Origin: Sinorhizobium meliloti
GTDB taxonomy: Bacteria > Pseudomonadota > Alphaproteobacteria > Rhizobiales > Rhizobiaceae
DNA length: 32,000 nt
NCBI RefSeq assembly: GCF_017876815.1
Contig: NZ_JAGIOS010000002.1
Coordinates: forward strand, 660,001-692,000
Direction of reading: 5' to 3'
The notes below the pieces were generated by a model. That model had not been told where the DNA came from. It worked only from the letters and a program-made list of their open reading frames with translations, and did no database searches. Both the position numbers and the translations under genes were made by a program. This document shows, in pieces, positions 18,339 to 26,148 of this stretch (position 1 is the first letter of the stretch; the number at the start of each line of letters is the position of its first letter).

Positions 18339-19025
18339 ATGAACGAAATCAAATCACTGGAGCAGCGGCCCATAGGCGGCCCGGGACCCATCCGGCGCAC
18401 CGCACTGCACGACACGCTGGTCAGCCATCTGCGCGACATGATCATCGAGGGCGACCTTCCGCCAGGAACCCGTCTGCACGAGGGGCAACTGGGCGAGCAG
18501 CTCGGCGTATCGCGCACGCCGCTGCGCGAGGCGATCAAGTATCTTGCGAGCGAAGGCCTGGTGGAGCTCGTCCCGAGCCGCGGCGCCGTCGTCAAGCGCT
18601 TCAGCGCCAAGGACGTCCGGGACATGCTCACCGTGCTGCAGACCCTGGAGGAGCTCGCAGGCAGGCTTGCCTGCGAGACCGCGACGGATGCGGAGATCGC
18701 CGAAGTGCGGGCGCTCCACGACGAAATGGTGCGCCGCTACGAGGCGGGCGACCGGATGCAATATTACAAGCTCAACCAGGACATCCACTCCGCCATCGCC
18801 CGGCTTTCGGGCAATGCTGCCCTGGCCGACATGCATGCCATGCTGCAGACGCGGCTGAAGCGCATCCGCTTCATCGGCCATGAAGGCCCGGAGAAATGGG
18901 CCGCAGCGGTCGCCGAACATCAGGAAATGATCGCCGCTCTGGAAGCGCGCGACAAAGCCAGGCTATCGGAAGTGCTGGGGCTTCATCTGACGAGGGCCTG
19001 GGAGCGGGTGCGCGACGCGGTTTAG
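18339..19025 (+). CDS. GntR-family transcriptional regulator, FadR/FCD subfamily
   Basis: 228 aa. wHTH (GEQLGVSRTPLREAIKYLASEGLVELVPSRGAVV) followed by an all-helical FCD-type domain with conserved His residues. Divergent from the PdxA-like/TTT operon. Confidence 0.88.
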   Translation: MNEIKSLEQRPIGGPGPIRRTALHDTLVSHLRDMIIEGDLPPGTRLHEGQLGEQLGVSRTPLREAIKYLASEGLVELVPSRGAVVKRFSAKDVRDMLTVLQTLEELAGRLACETATDAEIAEVRALHDEMVRRYEAGDRMQYYKLNQDIHSAIARLSGNAALADMHAMLQTRLKRIRFIGHEGPEKWAAAVAEHQEMIAALEARDKARLSEVLGLHLTRAWERVRDAV

Positions 19026-19046
19026 GGCGGACGCGAGGCAAAATAA

Positions 19047-19070
19047 CCCCCTCTGACAGGCCAGAGGGGG
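19047..19070 (-). terminator. Intrinsic terminator hairpin between convergent genes
   Basis: CCCCCTCTG-ACAGGC-CAGAGGGGG (9-bp stem, 6-nt loop). On the minus strand it is followed by TTATTTT, so it suits the 19090-19635 gene. On the plus strand there is no U-tract. Confidence 0.55.
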
Positions 19071-19089
19071 GTATCACCCTCCGCGCCGA

Positions 19090-19635
19090 TCACTTCACCG
19101 CCAGCAGACAGATATAGGAAAGCACCGTTACGAGCAGCCCGTGGAAGGCGAAGCTGACGCAGCGGTATTTGCCGCAGGCGATCGCCGCGAGCGCGTCTGC
19201 GTTCTCGGCGTATTGACGGAAGAGAAAGTCCTGATCGCCGGCCCCCGCTGCCCGCATGAAACCTTCCCGATGACGGGACCAGGCGCCCCAGAACAGCGTC
19301 GTCGAGGTTGCGCTCTTCCTGGGCAGGACCACGAGGATCGCCGAAACGATCGAGAAGATCGATGCAAGCGCCAGCATAGCCGAGAATACCATCGTGACGG
19401 TGCTGCCCTCCGCATAGCGCTGCCAGGCAAAGACGCTCCGCCCTTCTTGCGAAGTGACCAGAAAGGCGAACATGAAAGTGAAGATATAAGCCGCCTTCTG
19501 ATCGGACGTCTTTATCTGATCGGCAAAGACGTCGTTGATCTTCCTGATGTGGTCGTAATAGGCCCCCAGCGCCGCATCCGGCCCGGCTCCTTCACTTGGA
19601 GGATCGAGCCTGTACAGATTTCCCCCTGATTCCAT
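19090..19635 (-). CDS. Small three-TM membrane protein of unknown function; layout reminiscent of Pycsar TM effectors (DUF5706/PycTM-like)
   Basis: ATG 19635 lies 6 nt behind GGGGAG (181 aa); the track start at 19698 is upstream of the RBS. A soluble N-terminus is followed by AAYIFTFMFAFLVTS, TVTMVFSAMLALASIFSIVSAILVVL and VSFAFHGLLVTVLSYICLLAV. GC content is clearly lower than in the neighbours. The family assignment is from memory only. Confidence 0.6.
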   Translation of the reverse strand: MESGGNLYRLDPPSEGAGPDAALGAYYDHIRKINDVFADQIKTSDQKAAYIFTFMFAFLVTSQEGRSVFAWQRYAEGSTVTMVFSAMLALASIFSIVSAILVVLPRKSATSTTLFWGAWSRHREGFMRAAGAGDQDFLFRQYAENADALAAIACGKYRCVSFAFHGLLVTVLSYICLLAVK

Positions 19636-19765
19636 CCGCCACTCCCCTCTATTTCGTCTCCTCTTTATTACACTCCACCAGTAAAGAGATACGCCCAAAA
19701 CTGGGCTCTTGACTTTTCCTCCCTATAAATCCACTGGATTCACTATAGCGAGGGGTATTTCGGGA

Positions 19766-22700
19766 ATGCGGGGAAGAAGAACGGGGGCATTGCTTGCCGC
19801 GGTGACGCTTTTTGCGCCCTTGTGGGCGCTTGCCGAGCCGGTTCCGCGCCCGTCACCCGCGGCCGGCTCCGTCATTGCCCGCAAATCCGGCGAGGAGGTG
19901 CGCTTCGTCGACGTTTCCAACTGGCGGGTCGTCGACCTCGCCCAGGACCTGCTTCCCGGCGACGTGCTGCGCACCAACGCAAGGGGCGCGCTGGCCGTCC
20001 TCTTCAGAGATCACACGCAGATAAGGCTGGGGCGCAATACCGCGCTGCGCGTCAAGCAGATCGGGGCGGGCGACACGAATCTCGGGCTGGAATCGGGTAC
20101 GATCTGGGCCCGCGCCGAGCGTGGCGGCGAGGGCCTGGTCATCGATACGCCGGCCGCAGCCGCCGCCATCCGCGGTACCGACTGGACGCTGACGGTCGGC
20201 GCCGACGGAAAGACTTCGCTCGTCGTCCTCGAAGGCGTCGTCGAACTCAGCAATGCCTATGGCAGCGTGACGGTGAAGCAGGGCGAAGGCGCCGTTGCCG
20301 CGATCGGCAGCGCGCCGGCGAAGATCGTGATCGTTACGCCGAAGGACCGCGAGCAGATGCTCTTTCATCTGTCGCTCCGCAATGCCTTCGTCTGGATGCC
20401 GGCCACGCCCTTCAGCGTTCCCGAGATGCGCCGCGAGCGTGCGCGCATCGAGGCCTCGCCGGCAGCATCCCGCCCGGCCGAGGAATGGCTGACGCTTGCC
20501 GAGATTTATCTTTCCCTGAATGGCCGCGACAAGGCTCAGGCCGCGCTCGCGGAAGCCGCGAGCCGGGGCCTGACCCGCTCCCAGGCGGCACGTGCCGACC
20601 TCGTCAAGGCATTGATCGCCGGTTCTTCGAACCGCTACGAAGAGGCGGCGCGTCTGTTCGCCAGGGCCGAACGCGGCCTCGACCCGAGCCGCCGTACGAT
20701 CGCGGCCTATGGCGGCTATTTTGCGCGCGGGCTCGCCGATCCTGCCCGCGTGGAGGAGCCGCCGCGCAACGCAAGCGGCCGCTATGCGGGCATGGCCCGG
20801 GCCTGGACTGCCGGCTTCCGGGAAGACATCCCCGCGGCGATCGCGGTGATCAAGAAGGCCGAGCAGCAATATCCCGACGACCCGACCCTGCCCGCGGCAC
20901 GCGCGCAGCTCGCCCTCCTGCTGGATGACCGCGACGAGCTTCGCGACGGTGTCGAGCGGGCGCTATCGATCGATCCAGACGACCCGACTGCGCTCGAGGC
21001 GCGCGCCCACTACCGCTATCACATCGACAACGATCTCGAGGGCGCCCTTGCTGATCTCGAAAGGGCGCTGAAAACCGCTCCGGGCTCCTCCTCCATCTGG
21101 AATTCCCTCGGACTGGTCCAGGGCGCGCGCGGCGACAACCGTGCCGCCGAGGCTGCCTTCAAGCAGGCGATTGCGCTCGATCCGCTCGATCCCGTCTCCC
21201 ACGCAAACCTCGCAATACAATACATGGACGAGATGCGGATGGCCGAGGCGAAGCGGGAGATCGACGCCGCGCTTTCCGTCGATCCCTCCTTCGACGTGGC
21301 GCTGGTGGCACGCGGCCGCTATCACATGCAGAACGGCGAGGCCGACAAGGCGGTCGAAGACCTGCTCGCCGGCTCGACGGCCAATCCGGCCTACTCGAAC
21401 GCACAGCTCCTGCTCGCGGCCGCGCATTACGAGAAGGGCGACCGCATTCCGGCAGCTCAGGCGCTCGACAATGCCGACAGGCTCGACCCGAACGATCCCG
21501 TCGTCGCGACGGTCAGAACCGCGATCGCGATCGACGCCTACGACGCCGACGCGGCCATTCGCAACGCTCAGGAAGCCCTGCGCCGCACCCGCGCCAAGGG
21601 CGGCGACACGGCGGCACTCGGCGCCAACCAGGAACAAGGATCGACGCTCAACGACGCCTTCCGCCTGCAGGGTTTGGATGCCTGGGGCCAATATTACGGC
21701 GACGCCGTCTTCGATCCCTTCACCGGTGCCAGCTATGTCGACCAGGCGGTCCGCGGCAGCGTCAATCCCTTCTTCAACGCCTACGATTTCGCCGCCAACG
21801 CCGTCACGAACACGGTCAATACCACGAGCTTTTCCGCTCTCATCCAGGGGCTTCTGATCGAACCGCATATGCTCGCCAGCCGCGAGCGAACGGTCAACCT
21901 GCTGCGTTCGCCCTTTTTCGAGACGGAGCTCGGCGGCGGGTTCATCGCCAATGACGATCATACCGGATGGGTCGGGGAAGCGGCCGTTCGCGGATTTACC
22001 GTCTCGCCGTTCCCGATCAGCGTCTACGGGACGTTCCAGTGGGAGGAGCCGAAGGATGTGGTCGATCTCGGAGGCGCCCGAGTGGAACGAGAGCTGCGGA
22101 TAATCGGAGGCAACGGCTACGTTACGGCCAGTCCGACGCCCGATGACCGCATTGTAGTCTTCGCGAACTATTCCGATATCGAGGAGACACAGCAATTTCT
22201 GCCTGTTCCGCCTGACCTTGAGATAGGGGACGAGTCTTCCGGCCTCATTTCCGGGCTCGCATGGAGCCATACATTCGGATACCGCAACGTCGGAAACGCC
22301 GCGTTGTTTTTCAGGGAACTCCGCACCGGTGATAGCCTATCCATTCTGGATGCCAGCGGCGCTGGAGGGACCATCGATCTTGAAACGAAGGAGCGGACCT
22401 ATATCGCTGCAGTGAACCACTTGTATGGAGATGGGGACCTGACGTGGCGCTATGGCGTTGAGGGCGGGAAGGTCCGGTCGGACAGTTCACCGGCCGTCTT
22501 CGACTCGTCCACGCAAGCGGTGGCGAAAGCCTATGTTGATGTCCTCTATGAAATGACCCCGGACCTCAAAGTCGAAGGCGCCCTGTTCGCCCGTTACATA
22601 GAGGACGTCAACGACAACAATATCCGGCTTGAGCCGAGACTCGGGATCGCCTGGGCACCGGCCGAGGGCCATTGGCTGCGCGCCGCCGTTCAGCGCGACG

Positions 22701-23338
22701 GCTATAATTTCGGCTCTGCCACGCTTGCGCCAGTCGGCATCGTCGGACTGCAGCCCAACCAGTTCCTGATCGGCACGGGCGGCTATGCCGACACGCTGGC
22801 CTTGCGCTGGGATGCCGAGTGGAACGACTGGCTCTTTACAGCCGTCGACTACCAGCACCAGGAAATCCGCGACGGTTCAATTGCCATCCCGGTCACCAGC
22901 CCCTTCTTCGCACTGACGGATTTCCCTTTCGACAAGGGCCGCATCGACCGCGTGGCATTAACCGCAAACCTCGCGCTCGGTCACGGATTCGGCCTATCGG
23001 CGACGATGGCCCGCACGGAAAGCGAGGACCGGTCGGCAGGCGCCGGCGGCGATCTGCCCTTCCTGCCGGAATATTCGGGCCAAGTGGCACTCACCTTTGT
23101 CAGCACAGCCAACATCAAAACGACCGTCGCCGCCAACTACGTAGGCGAGCGAGCGGAGGGTTCGATAACCCACGACGACTTCTGGACGGTCGACGCCGCT
23201 CTCCAATGGGAGCCCTTCGACAAGCGGTTCGAAGTCGAACTCGCCGGCTTCAACCTTCTGGACGAGGAGTTCGAGGTGCGCGACGGGCTGCCCGGCTGGG
23301 GTCCCACGGTCAAGGGCACCGTCAAAGTGCGGTTCTGA
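19766..23338 (+). CDS. nsrA: Large secreted FecR-domain / TPR-repeat / C-terminal beta-barrel outer-membrane protein (NsrA-like signal receptor)
   Basis: ATG 19766 gives the signal peptide MRGRRTGALLAAVTLFAPLWALA. FecR-like beta-sandwich at about 19900-20300 (LLPGDVLRTNARGALAVLFRDHTQIRLGRNT...IRGTDW). TPR-like helical repeats at about 20480-21600. The amphipathic beta-strand-rich C-terminus ends in VKVRF, an OMP-type terminal Phe. From memory, the position upstream of a CHASE2 cyclase matches S. meliloti nsrA-cyaK. Confidence 0.8.
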   Translation: MRGRRTGALLAAVTLFAPLWALAEPVPRPSPAAGSVIARKSGEEVRFVDVSNWRVVDLAQDLLPGDVLRTNARGALAVLFRDHTQIRLGRNTALRVKQIGAGDTNLGLESGTIWARAERGGEGLVIDTPAAAAAIRGTDWTLTVGADGKTSLVVLEGVVELSNAYGSVTVKQGEGAVAAIGSAPAKIVIVTPKDREQMLFHLSLRNAFVWMPATPFSVPEMRRERARIEASPAASRPAEEWLTLAEIYLSLNGRDKAQAALAEAASRGLTRSQAARADLVKALIAGSSNRYEEAARLFARAERGLDPSRRTIAAYGGYFARGLADPARVEEPPRNASGRYAGMARAWTAGFREDIPAAIAVIKKAEQQYPDDPTLPAARAQLALLLDDRDELRDGVERALSIDPDDPTALEARAHYRYHIDNDLEGALADLERALKTAPGSSSIWNSLGLVQGARGDNRAAEAAFKQAIALDPLDPVSHANLAIQYMDEMRMAEAKREIDAALSVDPSFDVALVARGRYHMQNGEADKAVEDLLAGSTANPAYSNAQLLLAAAHYEKGDRIPAAQALDNADRLDPNDPVVATVRTAIAIDAYDADAAIRNAQEALRRTRAKGGDTAALGANQEQGSTLNDAFRLQGLDAWGQYYGDAVFDPFTGASYVDQAVRGSVNPFFNAYDFAANAVTNTVNTTSFSALIQGLLIEPHMLASRERTVNLLRSPFFETELGGGFIANDDHTGWVGEAAVRGFTVSPFPISVYGTFQWEEPKDVVDLGGARVERELRIIGGNGYVTASPTPDDRIVVFANYSDIEETQQFLPVPPDLEIGDESSGLISGLAWSHTFGYRNVGNAALFFRELRTGDSLSILDASGAGGTIDLETKERTYIAAVNHLYGDGDLTWRYGVEGGKVRSDSSPAVFDSSTQAVAKAYVDVLYEMTPDLKVEGALFARYIEDVNDNNIRLEPRLGIAWAPAEGHWLRAAVQRDGYNFGSATLAPVGIVGLQPNQFLIGTGGYADTLALRWDAEWNDWLFTAVDYQHQEIRDGSIAIPVTSPFFALTDFPFDKGRIDRVALTANLALGHGFGLSATMARTESEDRSAGAGGDLPFLPEYSGQVALTFVSTANIKTTVAANYVGERAEGSITHDDFWTVDAALQWEPFDKRFEVELAGFNLLDEEFEVRDGLPGWGPTVKGTVKVRF

Positions 23339-25287
23339 TGAACGACTTTCGCGAGCTTCGCCTTTCCTCCCGGCGGGTAAAGCTTGCCGCGCTGACGGCC
23401 TTCGTGGCCGCCCTCGTCTCGGCTGTCTCGCTGACCGGTACGTGGTCGCTGGTGGACCTGCGCGCCTATGACTATCTCTCGATCGTCGGCCGGCCAACGC
23501 TACCGGAAGACGGCCCCGTTATCGTCGCGATTGACGAACCGTCTATGGCCGAGATCGGCAGCCAGTGGCCTTGGCCGCGCGCCCTGCACGCCCGGCTGAT
23601 CCAGGCGCTGAGAGTCGCCGGCGCCAGGGCGATCGCACTCGACGTGATCTTCGCCGAACCGGCCGCCGCGCCGGAGAACGATCAGGCGCTTGCCGAAGTC
23701 CTCGGGTCCGATGTGGTGCTTGCCGGCGACGAGACGCTGATCCGGACACCGCAGGCAGAGCAGTTCGTCCGGACCGAGCCTCTTCCCGTCTTTCTGGAGC
23801 GGGGCGCCAAGGTGGGCATCGCCTCGGTCGACCTCAGCGGCGACGGCACGCTCAGGCAGATTCCCTCCTATCCAGACGGCTTGGCCGTGACGCTCGCAAC
23901 CGTCGCCGGTGCAAAACCTGCCCATCCGCCGAGACGAGCCCTGATGCAGACCTTCGGCCCGGCGCGCACCTACCCGACCGTTTCCTACTATCAGGCGCTC
24001 GACCCCGAAAGTTTCCTTCCGGAAGAAACGTTCCGCGGTCGGGTCGTCATCGTGGGCCTGAGCCTGCAGAACGCCCCGACCATCTCGGGCGGCGGCATCG
24101 ATGCCTTCGCCACCTCCGACACGGTCTTTTCCCGCGGTCTCGTCGCCGGCGCCGAGATCCACGCGACCATCTACGACAATCTCGTGCACCGGCTGTTCGT
24201 CAAGCGGGCGGGAGCGGCGGTCGCCGTCACCGCGATCGTCCTCGCCAGCCTTGCCGCAGCCCTTGCCGTCCTCGGGTCGACAAGCTGGAAGACGCTCGGA
24301 TACGGCGCCCTCGCCCTTATTCTGATCTTTCTTGCAAGCTACGGCCTGATGCGCCTCGCCCATGTGTTCGTCTCGCCGCTCGCACCGGCACTTGCTTTTC
24401 TCGGCGTGGCAGTCGGGCAGGCCGGCCTCGACTATGCGGAAGAAAGGCGACGACGACGCGCGATCACCCGTGCCTTCTCGCAGTATCTCTCGCCCGCGCT
24501 CGTCGAGCGGCTGGCGAGAGACCCCTCGCAATTGAAGCTCGGCGGCGAAAGACGGACGCTGACGGTACTCTTCTGCGACGTTCGCGGCTTCACCACCATA
24601 TCGGAGGACATGAAGGACGATCCGGAGGGGCTGACGACGCTCATCAACCGGCTCCTGACCCCTCTTTCGGAGGCGGTGCTCAACCGGCGCGGCACGATCG
24701 ACAAATATATCGGCGACTGCCTGATGGCATTCTGGAACGCGCCGCTCGACGATCCGGACCATGCCGTCCATGCCGTTCAGGCGGCGCGCGACATGCTCAC
24801 CGCCCTCGGCGATCTCAACGCGGAGCTGGAAGCCGAGGCGAAAGCGGCGGGACGTCCGCCGAAGACGCTGAGGATCGGCATCGGCATCAACACGGGCGAA
24901 TGCGTCGTCGGCAATATGGGCTCGGCCCGCCGCTTCGATTATTCGGCACTGGGCGACGCGGTCAATCTCGCCTCCCGCCTCGAAGGTGCCTCCAAGGACT
25001 ACGGCGTGCCGCTGCTCCTCGGCGAGCGTACGGCAACACTTGCCGCCCGGAAATTTGCGGTTGCCGAGCTCGACCGCATCACCGTCAAGGGACGCAGCGC
25101 GGTCTCCCCCGTCTTCACCCTGGCCGACGGCGCTTCGGAACCGGCGCTCGAACGCCACCGCGCCTACCTCGCCCGGAAATACAGCGGCGAGATCGCTGCC
25201 GATGACGGCTTGTTCGATGAACTCAAGGCGGCGCTGCCGCCGCTCGCGCGCTATTACGAGCGTGAGCGGGAACGGCTGCTGAAATAG
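23338..25287 (+). CDS. cyaK: Receptor-type class III adenylate cyclase with periplasmic CHASE2 domain (CyaK-like)
   Basis: ATG 23338 overlaps the nsrA stop (TGATG). N-terminal TM helix, CHASE2-like region (about 23440-24200), three TM helices, then the cyclase domain (about 24550-25120). Metal-binding Asp residues are in FCDVRGF and IGDCLMA. Substrate-determining residues are Lys456 (24703-24705) and Asp534 (24937-24939). Asn543 and Arg547 sit in VNLASR. The track ORF from 22819 is a run-in over nsrA. Confidence 0.9.
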   Translation: MNDFRELRLSSRRVKLAALTAFVAALVSAVSLTGTWSLVDLRAYDYLSIVGRPTLPEDGPVIVAIDEPSMAEIGSQWPWPRALHARLIQALRVAGARAIALDVIFAEPAAAPENDQALAEVLGSDVVLAGDETLIRTPQAEQFVRTEPLPVFLERGAKVGIASVDLSGDGTLRQIPSYPDGLAVTLATVAGAKPAHPPRRALMQTFGPARTYPTVSYYQALDPESFLPEETFRGRVVIVGLSLQNAPTISGGGIDAFATSDTVFSRGLVAGAEIHATIYDNLVHRLFVKRAGAAVAVTAIVLASLAAALAVLGSTSWKTLGYGALALILIFLASYGLMRLAHVFVSPLAPALAFLGVAVGQAGLDYAEERRRRRAITRAFSQYLSPALVERLARDPSQLKLGGERRTLTVLFCDVRGFTTISEDMKDDPEGLTTLINRLLTPLSEAVLNRRGTIDKYIGDCLMAFWNAPLDDPDHAVHAVQAARDMLTALGDLNAELEAEAKAAGRPPKTLRIGIGINTGECVVGNMGSARRFDYSALGDAVNLASRLEGASKDYGVPLLLGERTATLAARKFAVAELDRITVKGRSAVSPVFTLADGASEPALERHRAYLARKYSGEIAADDGLFDELKAALPPLARYYERERERLLK

Positions 25288-25300
25288 CGGAAGGCGCGCG

Positions 25301-25409
25301 CCTCATCCGCCTGCCGCACCTTCTCCCCGCGCGCGGGGAGAAGGGAATATGCCGCAACGCCTCTTCCTTAGATCGGGGGAGGAGCTAGCCGCTTGGAAGG
25401 CGGATGAGG
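25301..25409. repeat. Palindrome-rich intergenic mosaic element (RIME/MITE-like), copy 3, with 11-bp terminal inverted repeats
   Basis: CCTCATCCGCC (25301-25311) and its exact inverse GGCGGATGAGG (25399-25409) bracket a 109-bp unit. The unit contains the 26-bp perfect palindrome CCTTCTCCCCGCGCGCGGGGAGAAGG (25319-25344). It lies between convergent cyaK and livF and is a likely bidirectional terminator. Confidence 0.75.
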
Positions 25410-25431
25410 GGGCAAATCACGGGCTCGGCGC

Positions 25432-26148
25432 TCAATGCAGCCCGCCAACCCCCAGCAGCCGCTCGACCGTGGCGTGCTCCTTCGCCAGCGCCTCCGGCGT
25501 TCCGCTCCAGGCGAGCCTGCCGCGCTCGAGGATGATCACCCGGTCGGCGAAATCGAGTGCGCTCTGGATGCGCTGTTCAACGAGCAGGATGGTCATGTCG
25601 CCGGTCTTCGCGAGCTCGGCGAAAGCCTTCATCAGCTCTTCGCAGATGACCGGCGCCAGACCTTCGAGCGGCTCGTCGAGAAGCAGGACCGAGGGCCGGC
25701 CGAGGATCGAGCGGGCGGTAGACAACATCTGCTGCTCGCCGCCGGAAAGCTGCGAGCCGAGGTTTCGGCGCCTCTCGTAGAGGCGCGGAAACATTTGATA
25801 GGCCTCGCTCAGCGCCGTCTTCGGCCGGCCCTTGAGGCCGACGAAGAGATTTTCCTCGACCGTCAGCGACGGGAAGACGCAGCGCGCCTGCGGCACGAAA
25901 CCGAGGCCTTTCAGCGCGCGTGATGCGCTCGGCAGCGCGGTCACGTCGGCATCGCCGATGCGGATGCGCCCGTCATAGCGCCGCGTCTGGCCGGCGAGCG
26001 TAGCGAGCAGCGTCGTCTTGCCCATGCCGTTACGCCCGAGAACCGCAAGCCGCGCGCCGGCAGGCACCGAAAAGGAAATCCCTTCCAGCACCCGCGTCGG
26101 CCCATAGCCGGCGGAGAGATTGTCGACCTCAAGCGGCGCTGCCGGCAT
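25432..26148 (-). CDS. livF: Branched-chain amino acid-type (HAAT) ABC transporter ATP-binding protein, LivF-like
   Basis: Walker A GRNGMGKTT, signature LSGGEQQM, Walker B VLLLDEPLEGLAP. I prefer ATG 26148, 8 nt behind GGGAG. ATG 26154 and the track start at 26238 are alternatives. The gene overlaps the livG 3' end by about 20 nt. Confidence 0.85.
   Translation of the reverse strand: MPAAPLEVDNLSAGYGPTRVLEGISFSVPAGARLAVLGRNGMGKTTLLATLAGQTRRYDGRIRIGDADVTALPSASRALKGLGFVPQARCVFPSLTVEENLFVGLKGRPKTALSEAYQMFPRLYERRRNLGSQLSGGEQQMLSTARSILGRPSVLLLDEPLEGLAPVICEELMKAFAELAKTGDMTILLVEQRIQSALDFADRVIILERGRLAWSGTPEALAKEHATVERLLGVGGLH

Noticed and set aside
19661-19688. CTCTTTA-N14-TAAAGAG inverted repeat and a TTGACT/TATAAA pair in the promoter region between the three-TM gene and nsrA
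   Set aside because: The arms are short (7 bp) and A/T-rich in an A/T-rich stretch. The TTGACT-TATAAA spacing (9 nt) is wrong for a sigma-70 promoter. I found no TGTT-N8-AACA Clr/Crp-type site. This is too weak to call.
22141-22440. Dips in GC inside the nsrA barrel-coding part (hand counts of 28-31 G+C in some 60-nt lines) as a sign of mosaic origin
   Set aside because: The dips alternate with lines of normal composition (37-38 G+C). They are much weaker than in the 19090-19760 region and may simply reflect beta-strand amino-acid usage.
19822-25205. Long off-frame or antisense ORFs inside nsrA and cyaK (19822-20928 +, 19853-20869 -, 20963-22270 -, 23500-25158 -, 23565-25205 +)
   Set aside because: Same reasoning. 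The annotated frames show a signal peptide, TPR periodicity, TM helices and cyclase catalytic motifs, and these frames show none.
19090-25287. Calling the locus a canonical Pycsar (or CBASS-like) defence operon
   Set aside because: The cyclase is a large CHASE2 membrane receptor with Lys/Asp (ATP-type) specificity residues. It is co-transcribed with an outer-membrane protein, and the TM protein is divergently transcribed rather than downstream. Only a looser, non-canonical relationship is proposed.
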